64,000 nt of DNA from Glycera tridactyla (GCA_965644265.1 OZ286467.1:61628001-61692000), one strand, 5' to 3'; shown: positions 37,465-51,535, counted from the first letter of the stretch. Numbers and translations are program-made. Notes: generated from the letters alone by a model not told the origin.

Positions 37465-37705
37465 TTCGTTCGTTCGTTTCTTTGTTTGAGTTTAACGTCA
37501 CTTAAACCTGCTTGGGTCATATCGGACTGAAAAAACTGAAAATGCTGAAGAAAAGAGTCACTGCCTGCCGGGGGCCGTCCCTACTCTTTGCGAAAGACAG
37601 CAGTGGATCTTTAACGTGCGTCAAGGAAAAGTCTCCTATCAACACGGCCGGCCACTGATATCCCAGTCAGCATGCACTGGGTTTAGGTGATACAAATCTG
37701 ACCTA
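37465..37705 (-). mobile_element. 5'-truncated SINE
   Basis: The minus strand has the core GCACGTTAAAGATCC...TTCGCAAAGAGTAGGG and the tail GACGTTAAACTCAAACAAAGAAACGAACG, a layout I recall from Meta-type invertebrate SINEs (recollection, not searched). Confidence 0.6.
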
Positions 37706-38002
37706 AATCACGATCCCTGAGAGCAGAACCTGAAATTAGTCATGCTCCCAGAATCTCCCTTTTCTTCAATTAAAAAAGGTATCAATCAATCTGTATGGAT
37801 TCAGGATACTCGAAAAGCTGTAAAAACTACTGTTTGGGTTCATCTTGTTCGACCAGCCTACCAGAATATGAAAATGCGTACGAGATGTATATTCGACAAC
37901 TCAGAGGAAGTACTCAGAAGAAAGTCAAATATATGGCGGGGGGGGGGGGGGGGTCATTGAAAGAAAAATATTATATAGTATGTCCTGGATAATGAGGGGT
38001 AC

Positions 38003-38440
38003 GAGTCTTCACTCCTGACCCAGATGTAAAACAGCTATGGCTGCAGCTAGTCGGGGGATGGATGACCACAGCTAGGGTATGAGGGTGCAGTGAGTACCAG
38101 TATAGGTGAACCGTACACTACTCTAATGGTCACAGACTACACAAGGGGTCTGGGCTCCCCAGTGTTGAGCTCAAGACACAGAAAGAGGCATGAGCTACAC
38201 ACCTTCAGGGCTGGATGATGGCGAGAGCGCTTATCTGGGATCTGAAAACAATTGTCCTAGGTTAGCAGTGGCGCTATAATAAGTGACCACAAAAATTCAG
38301 AATCCAATCACAGACAGAGGGTTGTGCCTTGCCAAGATTAGACCTGTCACCCATGAATAGCTAACAGCAGCATCGGGAAGATCAGAACATCCAGGCTCTG
38401 ACAGTGGTACTGGACTGATACCAGTTCGAACAGTCAAAAC
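38003..38440 (+). mobile_element. Family C copy 3
   Basis: Reverse complement of copies 1 and 2, with an internal deletion. Confidence 0.72.
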
Positions 38441-38491
38441 GAACAAATAGATAAGCAAACATTGCGAGGAAAGACATCCCCGAATTCCAGT

Positions 38492-38493
<2 letters not shown>

Positions 38494-38547
<54 letters not shown>
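38494..38547. repeat. (GA)n microsatellite
   Basis: Directly visible. Confidence 0.95.
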
Positions 38548-38550
<3 letters not shown>

Positions 38551-40299
38551 AATAAAAACCAATGGACCATGTCAGTGTGTCTTTTGACCGACACTGATGA
38601 TGATCATGACTCGAGTTCATCATCGATGGGACCCATCACGTTTCTTACCCCCTGAAAGCAGTAATAACCAGCATCGACCATGCTGTCCTGGGAGTAACTT
38701 GCAAATCTACATTTCTCTTTTAAAACGGTATGTGAAGTCCGCGCTATTCATATTTCATTTTTTTTCCGTTTATTTATACCACACTCTAGATCAATCTTGC
38801 TATTCGACCTCTCGCATTCAGTATGGCATTCAAGATGTTACATGGAGTGCCAATATAGAGGTTATGTACTGGTGTTAAGTCACAGATCAGATTATATGAA
38901 AGATTAAGTAGGCGGCATGCAAACATATAGATTGTATACAAGTGGTGGTGGATTTAAGGCGGTCGAGCCGGTACTCAGCGGGAGGTTAACAGCTTGTTTA
39001 ACAATCAATCAGATTGGGATCATTGAACACTGCGGTTTCGTTGATCCGGCGCCCAACTCTCAAAGACGGATATTTCGTTGTCGTCGCAACTACCACAACT
39101 AGAAAAGCTCCTGTCGGAATACCATCAGTCACGACTGGATGCATTAGGTAGCAGCTGAAAGGTATGTCGTCTGTCTGTCTGTCAGTCTGTCCGTTCTGTT
39201 CATCGGTTTGTCTATCTGTCCGTCTACCTGCCCCTCTGTCGGCCTGCCTGTNNNNNNNNNNNNNNNNNNNNNNNNNNNNNNNNNNNNNNNNNNNNNNNNN
39301 NNNNNNNNNNNNNNNNNNNNNNNNNNNNNNNNNNNNNNNNNNNNNNNNNNNNNNNNNNNNNNNNNNNNNNNNNNNNNNNNNNNNNNNNNNNNNNNNNNNN
39401 NNNNNNNNNNNNNNNNNNNNNNNNNNNNNNNNNNNNNNNNNNNNNNNNNNNNNNNNNNNTGCCTATCTGTCCGTCTACCTGCCCCTCTGTCGGCCTGCCT
39501 GTNNNNNNNNNNNNNNNNNNNNNNNNNNNNNNNNNNNNNNNNNNNNNNNNNNNNNNNNNNNNNNNNNNNNNNNNNNNNNNNNNNNNNNNNNNNNNNNNNN
39601 NNNNNNNNNNNNNNNNNNNNNNNNNNNNNNNNNNNNNNNNNNNNNNNNNNNNNNNNNNNNNNNNNNNNNNNNNNNNNNNNNNNNNNNNNNNNNNNNNNNN
39701 NNNNNNNNNNNNNNNNNNNNNNNNNNNNNNNNNNNNNNNNNGTCTGTCTGTCTCTCAGCTCATATCATTAGCGTGATGCAGAGAAGGAAGCCAAAGCTGT
39801 ATACTAAACTATCAACAAATCATATCTCGGCATACCTGGTAGTGATACGGCTTTCAAATGAGTTAATCGGACCTTTCTACGAGGCCTATCGAAATCGACC
39901 AATTGATATCTCCGCCAGGGGCTGGAGATCTTTATGCTACCACCTCACTGCTAGACCTGTACACAAACTTCGCCCAACTGGGAGGATGGGTAGGACAGAC
40001 ATGAGTCAGAAATAATGGTATAAGAACCATAGCCTGAAAATCTTTCTGAAGGAACCACAGCCCCCCCCCCCCCCCCCCTTATATTCTCTCTCAAATCATA
40101 TTACAGCCTATATACACGTATCTTCACGTGCATGATGCTGGAGGCCGATCAGAATGCCGAAGACTTTATTCCACTGCCCCTGTTGGCAGTTTGTGTCATC
40201 ATTTTATATTTTCCCTGCTCAAAACTCTACAAATGAAATGACATCTAGGATTTCTCAGAGAGATCCACACCCACTTGATTCTGAACCTGGATACCCTAG

Positions 40300-40900
40300 A
40301 GATGAAGAAAATGCAATGAAATAGTTTCCCCGAAATTTTGAGGCGTATAGCTCGAAAATGCCATCTAGCAGCCGGACTAATACTGCTGCTGCATGATTCA
40401 TTATGGGTAACCATAGATCTTATACAGTGCATTTTGTGTTGATCCCAATATTTTTCAGCGCCTTAAACATTGAGACTACCCTGCCGAAAGATCTAGAGGC
40501 GGCCGACACTTGTGCTTCTTATGCATATGAAATGACATGTGCTCATCGAATAGAACTCCCAAATTTTTCTAATTGGAAATGAATGCTAGATTTTGGTTGC
40601 AACCGAACAATAATACATCACATAATGGGCGCTGGGGATTTCTCGCATATATCTACAAAATAAAAGAGGACTCATCAAGTCCCCTTGGCACACTCCAGAT
40701 GTGATGAGGGAGCATTCCGACGGGTGGCCGTCAAATTGTACACAGCTCTTCGGTTAATTAGAGATATGTTCAATAGCATGGTAGATATCCCCGTTAATAT
40801 CTTTCTTTAACTGTTCGTGAAATAGGAAAAATCGTGAGGGACATCATCAAAAGCCTTGAAGAAATTGCTGAAGACTAGGAATGTTTCTTGGTTCATTGTG
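40300..40900 (-). pseudogene. Degenerate non-LTR retrotransposon reverse transcriptase
   Basis: Across frameshifts: FFKAFDDVPH, SCVQFDGHPSECSLITSGVCQGDLMSPLLF, SAASRSFGRVVSMFKALKNIG. These match LINE RT motifs (KAFD.V.H; GV.QG..LSP.LF). Confidence 0.75.
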
Positions 40901-41852
40901 AATGATATATACATGATCTAGACAGGATCCAAAGTCAAGGAATTTACCGAAGGTCTTTGGACCTTGAACCCAGGTCCCACCCTTAATTGTCCATCATATA
41001 AAGGAAAACTTAGCCCCCTTCCCCTACACTGATACTATCCTTGGTGATTATGGTGTGACTGTTGATTTTTTAGGATATGTGTATGTGAGTAAATGGGTGC
41101 GTGTATGTCCAATCCCTAGCTGAGAATACCGGATTTATATCAATTGATTCATTTATCTATTTGTCATTCACCGAGAATGTTGTACATATGTAGATACTCC
41201 CGCTATCCATCATTTCTCGCTCGTGTATGCCGGAAAAAATTAGTTTATTTGATTCGATTTGATTGGTTCTGCCTGGAACCATTTGGTTCATTTGAGACTT
41301 CAGCTGTTTGTCACTTGGGTATGGAATTTATGATCCTATACGTCCATGCAACTTGAACCAATCTTTTCCAAGACATACAATAAATAAATGGATCAATAGA
41401 GTAATGTACGTCTCTAGTAGAAGTAGTAATAGTGGTGGTGAAGCAGCTCTGAACACGACATTGGAAACATTGATATCGTAATAAGTTGTTATCATTTTTT
41501 TGTAGGAGACCCCGCTTCAACAGATCAAGATCTGGATCAAAGATCATATATCAACCGGAGAAGATTCCAGTGGCCTCCCTCCAAGAAGGCATACATAATC
41601 CACCGTTCCTTCACTTTCGGGAAGCCATGTATCACGAATTCAAGCATAGTGGGAGGCCCATCACAACTGAAATCTGAATACTACCAATGGTAGTCTTATA
41701 TACTCTGAAGATTACTCGAGACCCTCATTAAATGTGATTCTCTTCACGAAAAATGAATGTAACGATCATGTGACTGACTTGGCAGTTCAAGGTGGAATGT
41801 ACTGATGTCATACATACAGCCATTCAAGTGAGAATAATTTCGAAAGATGCAG

Positions 41853-42311
41853 TTTCTCTACTCGAAAGCAGTGATGACTGCATTGACTCTATATGAAGTG
41901 GAACGGCAGCAGATGCGGATGAGTAGTGAATGGCGGGAAGAAATGTTTAGGGACTTCCTTCCGGCGGATATACCCACATTACCGGATATCTATACAGATC
42001 TCCCACAACCAGCTCGTCAACGCATGCAAGGTAGGCTGCGGATCGCCCAAAAACGTGAGCGAGAAGAGGAAGAGGAAAGGAGGAACGCAAATACGAACGC
42101 AAATACCAAGCTTACTAAACTCAGCCCATTGGCCACAGGCAATAATCCTAATAACACCAGTACCACGCTTCCCAAATTGCCGCAGGCTAAATCAAATAAG
42201 AACAACAGTAACAATCAACCTGTGTCTAAATCGAATAAGAATAATAACGCTAAACTGCCTTCTATAGCCCCGCAGAAACGAACTTTTATAACATTGAAGG
42301 CAACCAGATGA
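41853..42311 (+). CDS. Probable terminal coding exon of an unidentified gene
   Basis: A 154-codon ORF outside any repeat, with protein-like composition (charged helix, then LPKLP/KLPSI/TFIT low-complexity tail). An in-frame stop at 41835 limits the start. The acceptor (CAG at 41852 or about 41871) is uncertain. Confidence 0.55.
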   Translation, partial: FLYSKAVMTALTLYEVERQQMRMSSEWREEMFRDFLPADIPTLPDIYTDLPQPARQRMQGRLRIAQKREREEEEERRNANTNANTKLTKLSPLATGNNPNNTSTTLPKLPQAKSNKNNSNNQPVSKSNKNNNAKLPSIAPQKRTFITLKATR

Positions 42312-42719
42312 TCTTGAATTGATCCACAAGAAACGTAGGCATCACCCCATTGGATGATCCTATGTACTTGAAACATTACGATGATGAGAGTGTGATCACT
42401 AGGACTCTAGAATTGGGTTTATGTCGTGGCTGCTTGACATCAGCTGCGATACTGCGTGGATAGATGTATTTCACACAAGGATCTTCTCTCATTTGATGAA
42501 ACGTGGACATGCACTTCCATGGTCTGCAATTTTGAAGAAGAAACGGAGGTTTGGATTTATTTGGCGATGGTCTCCAATTTTTGATGCGTGTTACTGACTG
42601 CTTCCTGTATTTCCAGTATAACTTCATATATTCTGTTGATAGTTTCCATGCTGGGACTTTCTATGTGTGGACGCTCATACGGCCGGGCGATCCTCACATT
42701 CCCTTCACACCGCTCCCCC

Positions 42720-42727
42720 CACACACA

Positions 42728-42764
<37 letters not shown>

Positions 42765-42781
42765 ACACACACACACACACA
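42720..42781. repeat. (CA)n microsatellite
   Basis: Directly visible. Confidence 0.95.
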
Positions 42782-43289
42782 AACATGGGATACAAACAAA
42801 GTACTGGATTCTCGGATGTATGCATTTGTAACATCTCATTGACATTCGATTCCATTGTTCCCTCGTACAGTTGAGATCACTGATACAGCTCAAGGAAGTA
42901 TTGGAAATGACGATCTCACCAGCACTTATTCCGATATGTTACCCATCACTCAATTCAAGTGAAGATATGGATGTACAACGTATCTTCTCAATAATTACTT
43001 CCTCAGCAATATCGATCGGAAATCAGAACCATTGAGTCAATGACCTTGAAGAATGACCAAGGACCGCCGCGAGAGATTTCGCGAAATCGTAGGACATTCA
43101 TTTTTCCGAATATTTACCATATGAAGGGTGGAATGGATGCCTAAAATACGGGGCGTTGATATTGCATCTTACCAATTCCCATCCAATATCAAGTCAAATC
43201 ACTGTTGATTAATTGTGCCCAGATGCCAAGACACAACAATGTTAATTCCGATTATTCGGTCCATTATTCTGGATGGATTTTAGAGTGAT

Positions 43290-45425
43290 ACATTTCTCGG
43301 CAACAGAGGGGTTCATTCTATGTACATATCATAGGTCATGTTCTACTGGTTTGTGTACTTTGGCAACAGGAGGGTCTGTACTATTCGAATATCATGGGTC
43401 ATCTTCTACTGGATCATCTATTTCGGGAAACAGAGGTTGTGTACCATGCACATATCATAGGTCATCTACTGGTTCATGTATTTTCAGGCCAAAGGAGGGT
43501 TTGTACTCTACACATATCATAGGTGATCTTCTACTAGTTCATGTATTCTGTGCAACAGGAGGGTTTGTACTATGCACATATCATAGGTGATCTTCTACTA
43601 GTTCATGTATTCTGTGCAACAGGAGGGTTTGTACTATACACATATCATAGGTGATCTTCTACTAGTTCATGTATTCTGTGCAACAGGAGGGTTTGTACTA
43701 TACACATATCATAGGTGATCTTCTACTAGTTCATGTATTCTGTGCAACAGGAGGGTTTGTACTATACACATATCATAGGTGATCTTCTACTAGTTCATGT
43801 ATTCTGTGCAACAGGAGGGTTTGTACTATACACATATCATAGGTGATCTTCTACTAGTTCATGTATTCTGTGCAACAGGAGGGTTTGTACTATGCACATA
43901 TCATAGGTGATCTTCTACTAGTTCATGTATTTTTGGCAACCGAAGTGTCTGTACTATGCACGTATCATAGGTCATCTTCTACTGATTCATATATTTTTGA
44001 CAACAGGAGGGTGTGTACTATGCACATATAATAGGTCATCTTCCACAGGTTCATGTATTTTTGGAAACAGGAGGGTTTGTAATATGCACATATCATAGGT
44101 CATCTTCTACTGGTTCATGTATTTCAGGCAACAGGAAGGATCGTCATCTTCTACTGGTTCATGTATTTTGGGCAACAGGAAAGTTTGTACCATGCACATA
44201 TCATAAGTCATCTTCTACTGGTTAATGTATTTTGGTCAACTGAAAAGTTTGTACTATGCACATATCATAGGTCGTCTTCAACTGGTTCATGTATTGTGGG
44301 CAACAAGATGGTTTGTACGATGCACAGGTCATCTTCTACTTGTTTATGTATTTTGGGCAACAGGAAGGTCTATACTATACCTATATCATAGGTCATCTTC
44401 TACTGGCTAATGTATTTTGGTCAACAGAAAAGTTCGTACTATACACATATCATAGGTAATTTCTACTGGTTCATGTATCTTTGGCAACAGGAGGGTTCGT
44501 ACTATGAACATATCATAGGTGATCTTCTACTGCTTCATGTATTTTTTGGCAACAGGAAAGTTTGTACTATGCACACATCATAAGTCATCTTCTACTGATT
44601 CATGTATTTTTTGGCAATAGGAGGGTTCATACTATGCATATATCATAGGACATCTTTTACTGGTCCATGTAATTTTTGGCAACTGGAGGGTTTGTACTAT
44701 GCACATTTCATAGGCCATCTTTTACTGGTCAATGTATTTTTTGGCGATAGGAGGGTTCGTGCTCTGCACATATCATAGCTCATCTGTTACTGGTTCTTCT
44801 TTGGCAATAGGCGGGTTCATACTATACACATATTATAGGTCATCTCCTACTGGTTCATGTATTTTATGGCAACTGGAGGGTTTGTACTATGCACATATCA
44901 TAGGTCATCTCTTACTGGTTCATGTATTTTGGGCAGGCGGAAGGTTCGTACTATGCACATATCATAGGTCATCTCCAACTGGTTCCTATATTTTGTGCAA
45001 CGGGAGGGTATGCACTATTCACATAGCATAGGTCATCTTCTACTGGCTCATGTATTTTGGGCAACAGGAAGGTTGGTACCATGCACATATCACAGGTCAT
45101 CTACTGTTTTATGTATTTTGGGCATGAGGGAGGTTCATACTATGCACATATCACAGGTCATCTTCTACTGGTTTCTGTATCTTTTGCAACAGAAGGCGTT
45201 CGTACTATACACTTATCTGGGGTCATCTCTTACTGGTTCATGCATTTTCTGGCAACAGGAGGGTTTGTACTTTACACATATCATAGGACATCCTCTACTG
45301 GTTCATGTATCTTTTTGCACATGGACGGTTTGTACTATGCACATATCATGCTTCATGCATTTTTGGCAACAGGAGGCTTTGTGATAAACACATATCACAG
45401 GTCATCTGGTTCATGTATTTCTGGC
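43290..45425. repeat. 64-bp minisatellite, about 33 copies
   Basis: Unit TATCATAGGTGATCTTCTACTAGTTCATGTATTCTGTGCAACAGGAGGGTTTGTACTATGCACA; starts at 43515, 43579 and onward. Confidence 0.95.
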
Positions 45426-45834
45426 CACCATCTCGTCCACCATTTATCCCGCCAATGTCGTTGGGAGCAGGAGAACGACTCTCCCCGTTCCGCTAAATAA
45501 GACATATGAGCAGAGCCGAAGAAGCTGTGCGACATTATCTGAGGTGTTGATATGGGAGACGCCTCGAATTCCCAAGCCAGCTGTTAATGTTGGCTCTCGC
45601 TATCCATTCATGACGCAAGTGGTGTGTCATGTGGTGTGTCATGACGTGAGGGCACTCGAACCACCTCATTGACCTGGCTGTGCGTCATGGGCTTGAAATG
45701 AACCACAATGATCACTGTACGAATAACCTGCATGGGTTAGATGGATAGATATTTCTCTAGTTAGATTCATATTGTAAATACAATACAATACACTTACCAT
45801 TATACCGAGCGTCTTCCGAGTGACGAATGATATT

Positions 45835-46071
45835 GGGCCCGTTTTACTAAATAGGTAGTCTTCCTAAATTAGGGGGTATTGAATGTCCCCCCTAAAATTT
45901 AGGAGGTGGTCTCGCCTCCTCCTAATTCCAGTACACCTAAATCGCCGTTTAGCTGGTTGAGGGGGATTCATCAGGGGGATTATTTTGAAGAGTCACCAGC
46001 AATCTCATCAACGGGAAATAAGGTGGAAAAAGTCTCCTAAACACACAATCTAGGTTTAGTAAAAACAGGCC
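45835..46071. mobile_element. MITE, possibly PIF/Harbinger-like
   Basis: TIRs GGCCCGTTTTACTAAA / TTTAGTAAAAACAGGCC; no clear TSD. Confidence 0.6.
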
Positions 46072-48306
46072 TCTGGACCGTTCAGAAAATAAAGAATAAC
46101 CGTACATTGTAGTTCTTCGCTGGTGGTCGTTGCTGTCAAACGTCGACTAGATTCCAACTCATCTAATTAGTGCAGTCCTCACAGTTCATCGAAATGAATA
46201 GTGTAAGTTAATTATCCAGAATGAAATGGTCCATACTATTGAACTCAGAAGTGGAAAAGTATAGCAGTATTCCTACTGAAGATGATCATATTCGTACTTA
46301 TTTTCGGGGGTGTATTACTCTTTTCATTGTCAGAATTGGTTTATATTTTGATTTTGATCAAGAAAATATAGACGGGAACGCGCAGGACTCATCAATTGGT
46401 TCAGAAATTATTGATATATCACTGACCCATGTGTGAGTGGTAACATAGGGGCACCTAGTTCAACATAATGTACAGATTCTCGTTGAATAGAATTTCCTGT
46501 TGAAAGTTTCATTTTCGGAGGTCGATTTCATTCAAACAAACAAAAAAACAAAGGTTGATGTGGAAACAAGCTGGGAGCATTGATAAATTGTCTTTCAAAC
46601 AAGATATTTTAATGACTGATTGACACCAGAAATATCAATGGAAGTCTGAGGATACAATAACATCTTTTTGAAATATGCGTGTAACGCACATAATTGTCGA
46701 CTGCCTAATTGAAAGGTCAGCCATATGTAGTGGTGATATATGGCGGCCTGAAGTGGGATAACCAATCAATAAATCATCCCCTTCGTCAACATCATTGTTG
46801 TTAACACCGTTGTCAGCAGCAGCAGCTCATCGCCGGTTGCCGACCGAAACCCTGTTTGGGGACATTGTAGCTAAGCAACCTCCACTAACGGGAAATACAT
46901 CAATCATCGGTTCCGCTGATAGTCGGAAGGTGGCAGTGCAACAACACCGGATTGAGGGGCTTTTTGGAGCATTGTGATTATCATAACTGTCATGTTACCC
47001 ATCTCCGATACCACTACGGGGATGACATGAATACACCCGGATTTCCTCATTGTCATCGGCACTATATGATCACATTCGGGAAGATCATATCAGGAAAATG
47101 CGGGTCAATATTGCACTCGAATCTGAGTTACAGTTGATCTCATGCCGACCATTCACAGTACCCAACAATCAGCTAGCTCCACGTGCAACTTTCCTGATAA
47201 AATAGTCCATATACGATTCATATTTAGTAAATGTCCACCTGTTTCCTGAGATGGGTTGCTCAGAAAAATGTTTGTACTTTTTTGGTTGAAGCTAGGTCTG
47301 TGAATGTTTTTCGATCATACGAATATTGTCTTACTTTTTTTGGACCGGTGTTGAGGAGAGACCTCCATACAACATCAGTATTCATGAGAGTACGAATTGA
47401 ATATGATCATGTTTTGGTCAACTGATATTGATAAAAAATGCCATGAACAGACCGCTTCTCATCTGATACCTGTATTACGAATCATTCTACTCTCGAGGTG
47501 CTGGATAGACACTGCCTGCATCAACCAACGCTGATGGTCTCTCCCCCCTCAAGTCTCTACCTATCTATCGAGCTCAACACTCCGGATGCAGATTCATCAG
47601 ATGGGCATCATTCTGTTTCAGCTGTGTACTTGTGGCAACAATGCCACCCATCCCCATATCAGTCTCATGGTCACCCGTACAGCGACTAGCTTCAGCAGTA
47701 GCCCATTCAGTGTGAAAGAATGTCAGTAAATTAGATCATCTGAACGTATCCATCATTCCAGCGACAAATTATAGCAAGAAACCATGCCAGTTGAAGTTGT
47801 GAAGGATCTTTCACGAGATGGGATTGACGTAGGGATATCACGAGCCCGCGGTGTGTATAGTACCTGAATTTGTGCAATGCAGATTGGTGTAAATTTCAAA
47901 GGTCAACGTCAAAGAACAGTGCCAATTTCCTCCACTGGAAATGACCCATATTTGGTAGCACATTTGATATTGTGAGGAGAAATGAGTAATGAGTAATGAG
48001 AAGCTGACAGAGTATTTCATTGTCTAAAGATCTCGCACTAGGAAGCTGTCAGAATAGTATGTCCCATGAGGTACATCGGAGTAAAATGATGTGGGAGATA
48101 GGTCATCATTTGCATATCTGAGTGAAATGAAAATCTGTCCAAGTTATTCGCGGGGGACATCTGCCGTGAAACTTCATTTAAATATTCAAAAGTGCAGCTC
48201 AGTTTGCATTCAAGTGAATAGGTTGATACCATCTATAATACCATCCACACATGCCAGTCGTGAAGTGTGATAAGATGTACGGTTTTTGAGATCTCCGCCA
48301 GATGCT

Positions 48307-48411
48307 GGCGATTTCGTAATACGAAATTCTCTCTTTACTCATTTTTGTGGCCAATTACCGGAGCACACAAACATCGGCAGCTCGGATTTGTAAAGCTGTG
48401 CACAAATAGTG
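48307..48411 (+). repeat. Interspersed repeat family E fragment
   Basis: Colinear with 63838-63941 (GCGATT.CGTAAT..GAAATTCT...TGTGGCCA.TTACCG...GCACAAATAGTG). Confidence 0.65.
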
Positions 48412-49413
48412 AGTGCGTGTTTTGGTTGACGTGATAGTTTGTGGGGGAGTGAAGTAGTACTTTTTCTTCGCTCCTCATTACCAGGTTTTATGGATCACTG
48501 CGCCGATTCATGAATGGAGTTGTAGACAGCGTGTGTTAAACCAGCCAATAAGGGATCAGCACTTGGGCAGGAGCGAAGAGCGTGAATGACGGCGTTTTGA
48601 CGGACTTTTTGTGAACATTTCAGTTCGTGATGGAATATTGCTATATCGGTAAAAGACAAATCCACATGTGGCTCGCTTCTGACTGGCACCAGGAGGACCT
48701 CTGCCCCAGATTTCTGAAGAAGGGCCTTGTCACACCCCCCCCCCCCCCCTCTGTCCGTCCACTCTCACTCTCTCCCTCTCTGAGATCTCTCTGCGCACGT
48801 GGGTGCTCTTGTTGTCAATGTCGGCAATTCTGAAGAGCGTTCCATGCTCAGTCCGTCTGATGAAAGCTTTTCAATCTTACTCGCAGTTATGACGATTGAT
48901 AAAGTTGATTGAAGGGCTGATGTAGACATAATATACACAGTGGGGTCATTTTCAAATTTATTACCAATTTTCAAGATTACAAGTTTCACAGACTGACAAC
49001 GTTATCAAGTCGCTCATTCACATACTCCACGAGCAATTGACCATTACAACAAAAAACAGAAGTGAATCAAAATAGATTATACCATGTCGTGTGGTGTGGC
49101 AGAACAAAACACAAAATTCTAACAAGATATTACCCTGTCCGCAAAGATACCTGATCGGCTTCCACGAAGGTGAATAGTTCATGGACCTTTGCGATAGTCA
49201 TACCATTCATAGCACGCTTTCCACTACCCATTTAAGAAGTACATCCTATCGAAAAAAAAATTCTGACAACTCCCTTGAATTACCATTGGATCAAACAACA
49301 TAGAAACATAAATCGAGCATTTGAAGGGCTACATAGATCCAATCGGTCGTCTTTCTCATTGATATAGACAGTTAATTTTGAAACAGAGGGTAGTCAAAGT
49401 CAAACAGGTACAC

Positions 49414-50038
49414 CATATCTGAAAGAGGTATGGACATCATGAGGAGCCAACTCATATCTAAAAGAGGTGTGGACATCATGAGGAGCCAACTTATATCTAA
49501 AAGAGGTGTGGACATCATGAGGAGCCAACCCATATCTAAACGAGGTATGGACATCACGAGGAGCCAACTCATATCTAAACGAGGTATGGACATCACGAGG
49601 AGCCAACTCATATCTAAAAGAGGTGTGGACATCATGAGGAGCCAACTCATATCTAAAAGAGGTATGGACATCATGAGGAGCCAACTCATATCTGAAAGAG
49701 GTATGGACATCATGAGGAGCCAACTCATATCTAAAAGAGGTGTGGACATCATGAGGAGCCAACTTATATCTAAAAGAGGTGTGGACATCATGAGGAGCCA
49801 ACCCATATCTAAACGAGGTATGGACATCACGAGGAGCCAACTCATATCTAAACGAGGTATGGACATCACGAGGAGCCAACTCATATATAAAAGAGGTATG
49901 GACATCATGAGGAGCAAATTCATATCTAAAAGAGGTATGGACATCATGAGGAGCAAACTCATATCTAAACGAGGTATGGACATAATGAGGAGCCAACTCA
50001 TATCTAAAAGAGGTATGGACGTCATGAGAAGCCAACTC
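49414..50038. repeat. 39-bp minisatellite, 16 copies
   Basis: Unit GGTATGGACATCATGAGGAGCCAACTCATATCTAAAAGA. Confidence 0.95.
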
Positions 50039-50409
50039 AGTTCATGGTTCGCACGTACCATGAAACACATCACGCGACTGCTGCCTTCCAAAGTTTAATG
50101 TATTCGTAGTCAGTTCCATAAGAGTGGATGGCACCGTCCGAAGAAGACAATCTATGTACAATTTACTGGAGATTCACTGGATGGTTCTTCTCATATCATT
50201 ACTTAACCATGCTGACCTGCATCAACCCGTAGATTATGGAAAGGTTTCCAGGCATTTCTCGGGTGTCGGTGTCTTGATTTCGTGATAGCAACGATGATAT
50301 TTTGACCATGACGACTAAGGTAATTTAGGCAACAATTCAGGCAAAATTGAAAAAAAAATGTCATCGATGAGAATGAGAAAAATGCCGATGAATTCAAAAC
50401 CGATGAATT

Positions 50410-50437
50410 CGACGACGACGACGACGACGTTGACGAT

Positions 50438-50520
<83 letters not shown>
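50410..50520. repeat. (GAC)n(GAT)n microsatellite
   Basis: Directly visible. Confidence 0.95.
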
Positions 50521-50836
50521 GGTGGGGGTGCTGATTGGCGTTGTAGTGATGATGGAAATAGTGATATCAGAGAAGAAGAAAGAGAAATAATATGATGAGT
50601 GACTTCAAATGCAATGTATCTCACATATATGGTCATCGGTAACTGCACTGTATGAGCATGAAATCAGATAATTTCTCGCGAAGTGGAGGTCAGACTCTAT
50701 CAAGCCACCAGGTGTATTTGACATCAGGGCATTACTTATACATATATACGAAGTCAGTATGTGAAACTAATGAGGTTTGTCTAGTCCAAACATCATGCAT
50801 AATTCATCCGACTGTCCCATGCCCAGCAGACAGGTG

Positions 50837-51535
50837 ACCATCATTCATCGACCTGCTCATTAAAATTGTTGATGGTCCACATTTATGGTGTGTGATATCA
50901 AACCATAAAGGACATATCATGACATGACCATTCATCGACCTGCTCATTAAAATTGTTGATGGTCCACATTTATGGTGTGTGATATCAAACCATAAAGGAC
51001 ATATCATGAGATGACCATTCATCGACCTGCTCATTAAAATTGTTGATGGTCCACATTTATGGTGTGTGATATCAAACCATAAAGGACATGTCATGATATG
51101 ACCATTCATCGACCTGCTCATCAAAATTGTTGATGGTCCACATTTATGGTGTGTGATATCAAACCATAAAGGACATATCATGACATGACCATTCATCGAC
51201 CTGCTCATTAAAATTGTTGATGGTCCACATTTATGGTGTGTGATATCAAACCATAAAGGACATGTCATGATATGACCATTCATCGACCTGCTCATCAAAA
51301 TTGTTGATGGTCCACATTTATGGTGTGTGATATCGAACCATAAAGGACATATCATGAGATGACCATTCATCGACCTGCTCATTAAAATTGTTGATGGTCC
51401 AGATTTATGGTGTGTGATATCAAACCATAAAGGACATATCATGACATGACCATTCATCGACCTGCTCATTAAAATTGTTGATGGTCCACATTTATGGTGT
51501 GTGGTATCAAACCATAAAGGACATATCATGAGATG
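50837..51535. repeat. 87-bp tandem repeat, 8 copies
   Basis: Unit GACCATTCATCGACCTGCTCATTAAAATTGTTGATGGTCCACATTTATGGTGTGTGATATCAAACCATAAAGGACATATCATGACAT. Confidence 0.95.

Noticed and set aside
38597-38878. Possible small plus-strand exons around a 62-nt GTATGT...TAG intron
   Set aside because: The joined translation is short and not protein-like.
39215-39502. Identical 40-bp CTGT-rich segment on both sides of a gap
   Set aside because: Probably a microsatellite or assembly duplication.
8145-39771. Long ORFs containing X runs (8.1-8.8, 21.9-22.4, 29.0-29.8, 30.8-33.4 and 39.2-40.0 kb)
   Set aside because: They are open only because they cross N gaps and microsatellites.
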